In this document: in pieces, positions 34,241-34,697 of the stretch | How positions within the stretch are numbered: position 1 is the stretch's first letter | How the letters are laid out: each line of letters opens with the position of its first letter | Source of the DNA: a virus | Taxonomy: Duplodnaviria; Caudoviricetes | IMG/VR virus record: IMGVR_UViG_3300046011_003663 | Span: 1-34,697 of that record | Strand: one strand, 5' to 3' | DNA length: 34,697 nt | The notes under the pieces: generated by a model | Told to the model about the DNA's origin: nothing | Databases searched by the model: none | The model's input: only the letters and a program-made list of their open reading frames with translations | Position numbers and translations under genes: made by a program

Positions 34241-34697
34241 ATGAAACATTTTAAATTAACAAAAGAAAGCAAAGTAAATAGATTAGGAATTACTTTATTT
34301 AGAATAGAACTTATTATTGACTGTAAACATGGTAAAATTGGTCAAAAAGGCGGATGGATAGAAAAAGAAGAAAATATTTCTGGTAACGCATGGGTTTATG
34401 ATAACGCAGAGGTTTATGGTAACGCAAGGGTTTCTGGTAACGCAAGGGTTTATGGTAACGCATGGGTTTATGGTAACGCATGGGTTTCTGGTAACGCAAG
34501 TGTTTCTGGTGACGCAAGTGTTTCTGGTAACGCAAGTGTTTCTGGTAACGCAAGGGTTTATGATAACGCATGGGTTTCTGGTAACGCAAGTGTTTCTGGT
34601 GACGCAGAGGTTTATGGTAACGCATGGGTTTCTGGTAACGCATGGGTTTATGATAACGCATGGGTTTATGATAACGCAGAGGTTTATGGTAACGCAC
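34241..34697 (+). CDS. N-terminal part of the hexapeptide-repeat protein (about 245 aa if joined to 1..408)
   Basis: MKHFKLTKESKVNRLGITLFRIE...GQKGGWIEKEENISGNAWVYDNAEVYGNA...; 34571 is in frame with base 1. Confidence 0.9.
   Translation, partial: MKHFKLTKESKVNRLGITLFRIELIIDCKHGKIGQKGGWIEKEENISGNAWVYDNAEVYGNARVSGNARVYGNAWVYGNAWVSGNASVSGDASVSGNASVSGNARVYDNAWVSGNASVSGDAEVYGNAWVSGNAWVYDNAWVYDNAEVYGNA
34391..34696 (+). repeat. 18-bp coding tandem array, 17 units (the last 7 duplicate bases 1-126)
   Basis: Counted directly: 306 bp / 18. Confidence 0.95.

Larger units (their letters stand above)
1..34697. mobile_element. Near-complete tailed phage genome (siphovirus-like, probable Bacteroidota host), circularly permuted
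   Basis: Packaging, head, tail, lysis, replication and recombination modules all present; no host flanks; 1..126 equals 34571..34696 and one reading frame continues across the junction. Confidence 0.95.

Noticed and set aside
34391-34696. 18-bp array as a CRISPR array
   Set aside because: Units are contiguous with no unique spacers, in frame within a CDS, and there are no cas genes
34314-34697. Minus-strand RYHKPM-repeat ORF
   Set aside because: Shadow of the plus-strand hexapeptide gene, which has a proper start and operon context
1-34697. Stop-codon reassignment
   Set aside because: Core genes are full length and densely packed under the standard code; TAA, TAG and TGA all end genes

Overview
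The window looks like an essentially complete, circularly permuted genome of an AT-rich tailed dsDNA phage with siphovirus-like organisation. It would be about 34,570 bp if the 126-bp end overlap is real. TAnnTTTG promoters, A-rich starts without obvious Shine-Dalgarno sites and a DUF3127-like SSB point to a Bacteroidota (probably Flavobacteria-like) host. Gene order: recombination and nucleotide-metabolism operon spanning the contig ends (ERF, Gp157, hexapeptide-repeat protein, RlpA-like, ThyX, SSB-like, MazG-like fusion); terS, terL; an inverted portal; protease, HK97-type capsid, neck, tail tube, tape measure; tail, fibre and lectin genes; lysis (GAF-like membrane protein, putative holin, M15 endolysin); small early genes; replication (initiator with iterons, T7/Twinkle-like primase-helicase); C5 methyltransferase; NinG. 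I saw no integrase, DNA polymerase, reverse transcriptase, tRNA or CRISPR array. The most interesting signals are mostly non-coding or tiny: (i) a two-hairpin leader with a 9-nt loop-loop complement before the replication operon; (ii) two promoter/short pyrimidine-rich body/terminator mini-cassettes that look like sRNAs antisense to translation starts; (iii) a TTGATTA-N5-TAATCAA palindrome in three copies tied to the inverted portal and capsid-tail module; (iv) twin early promoters, one followed by a boxA-like element; (v) a combinatorial 18-bp coding array; (vi) unannotated microproteins, one with an RNR-tail-like CxxCGS end and one 50% acidic. All protein calls come from motif recognition by eye; no searches were run.
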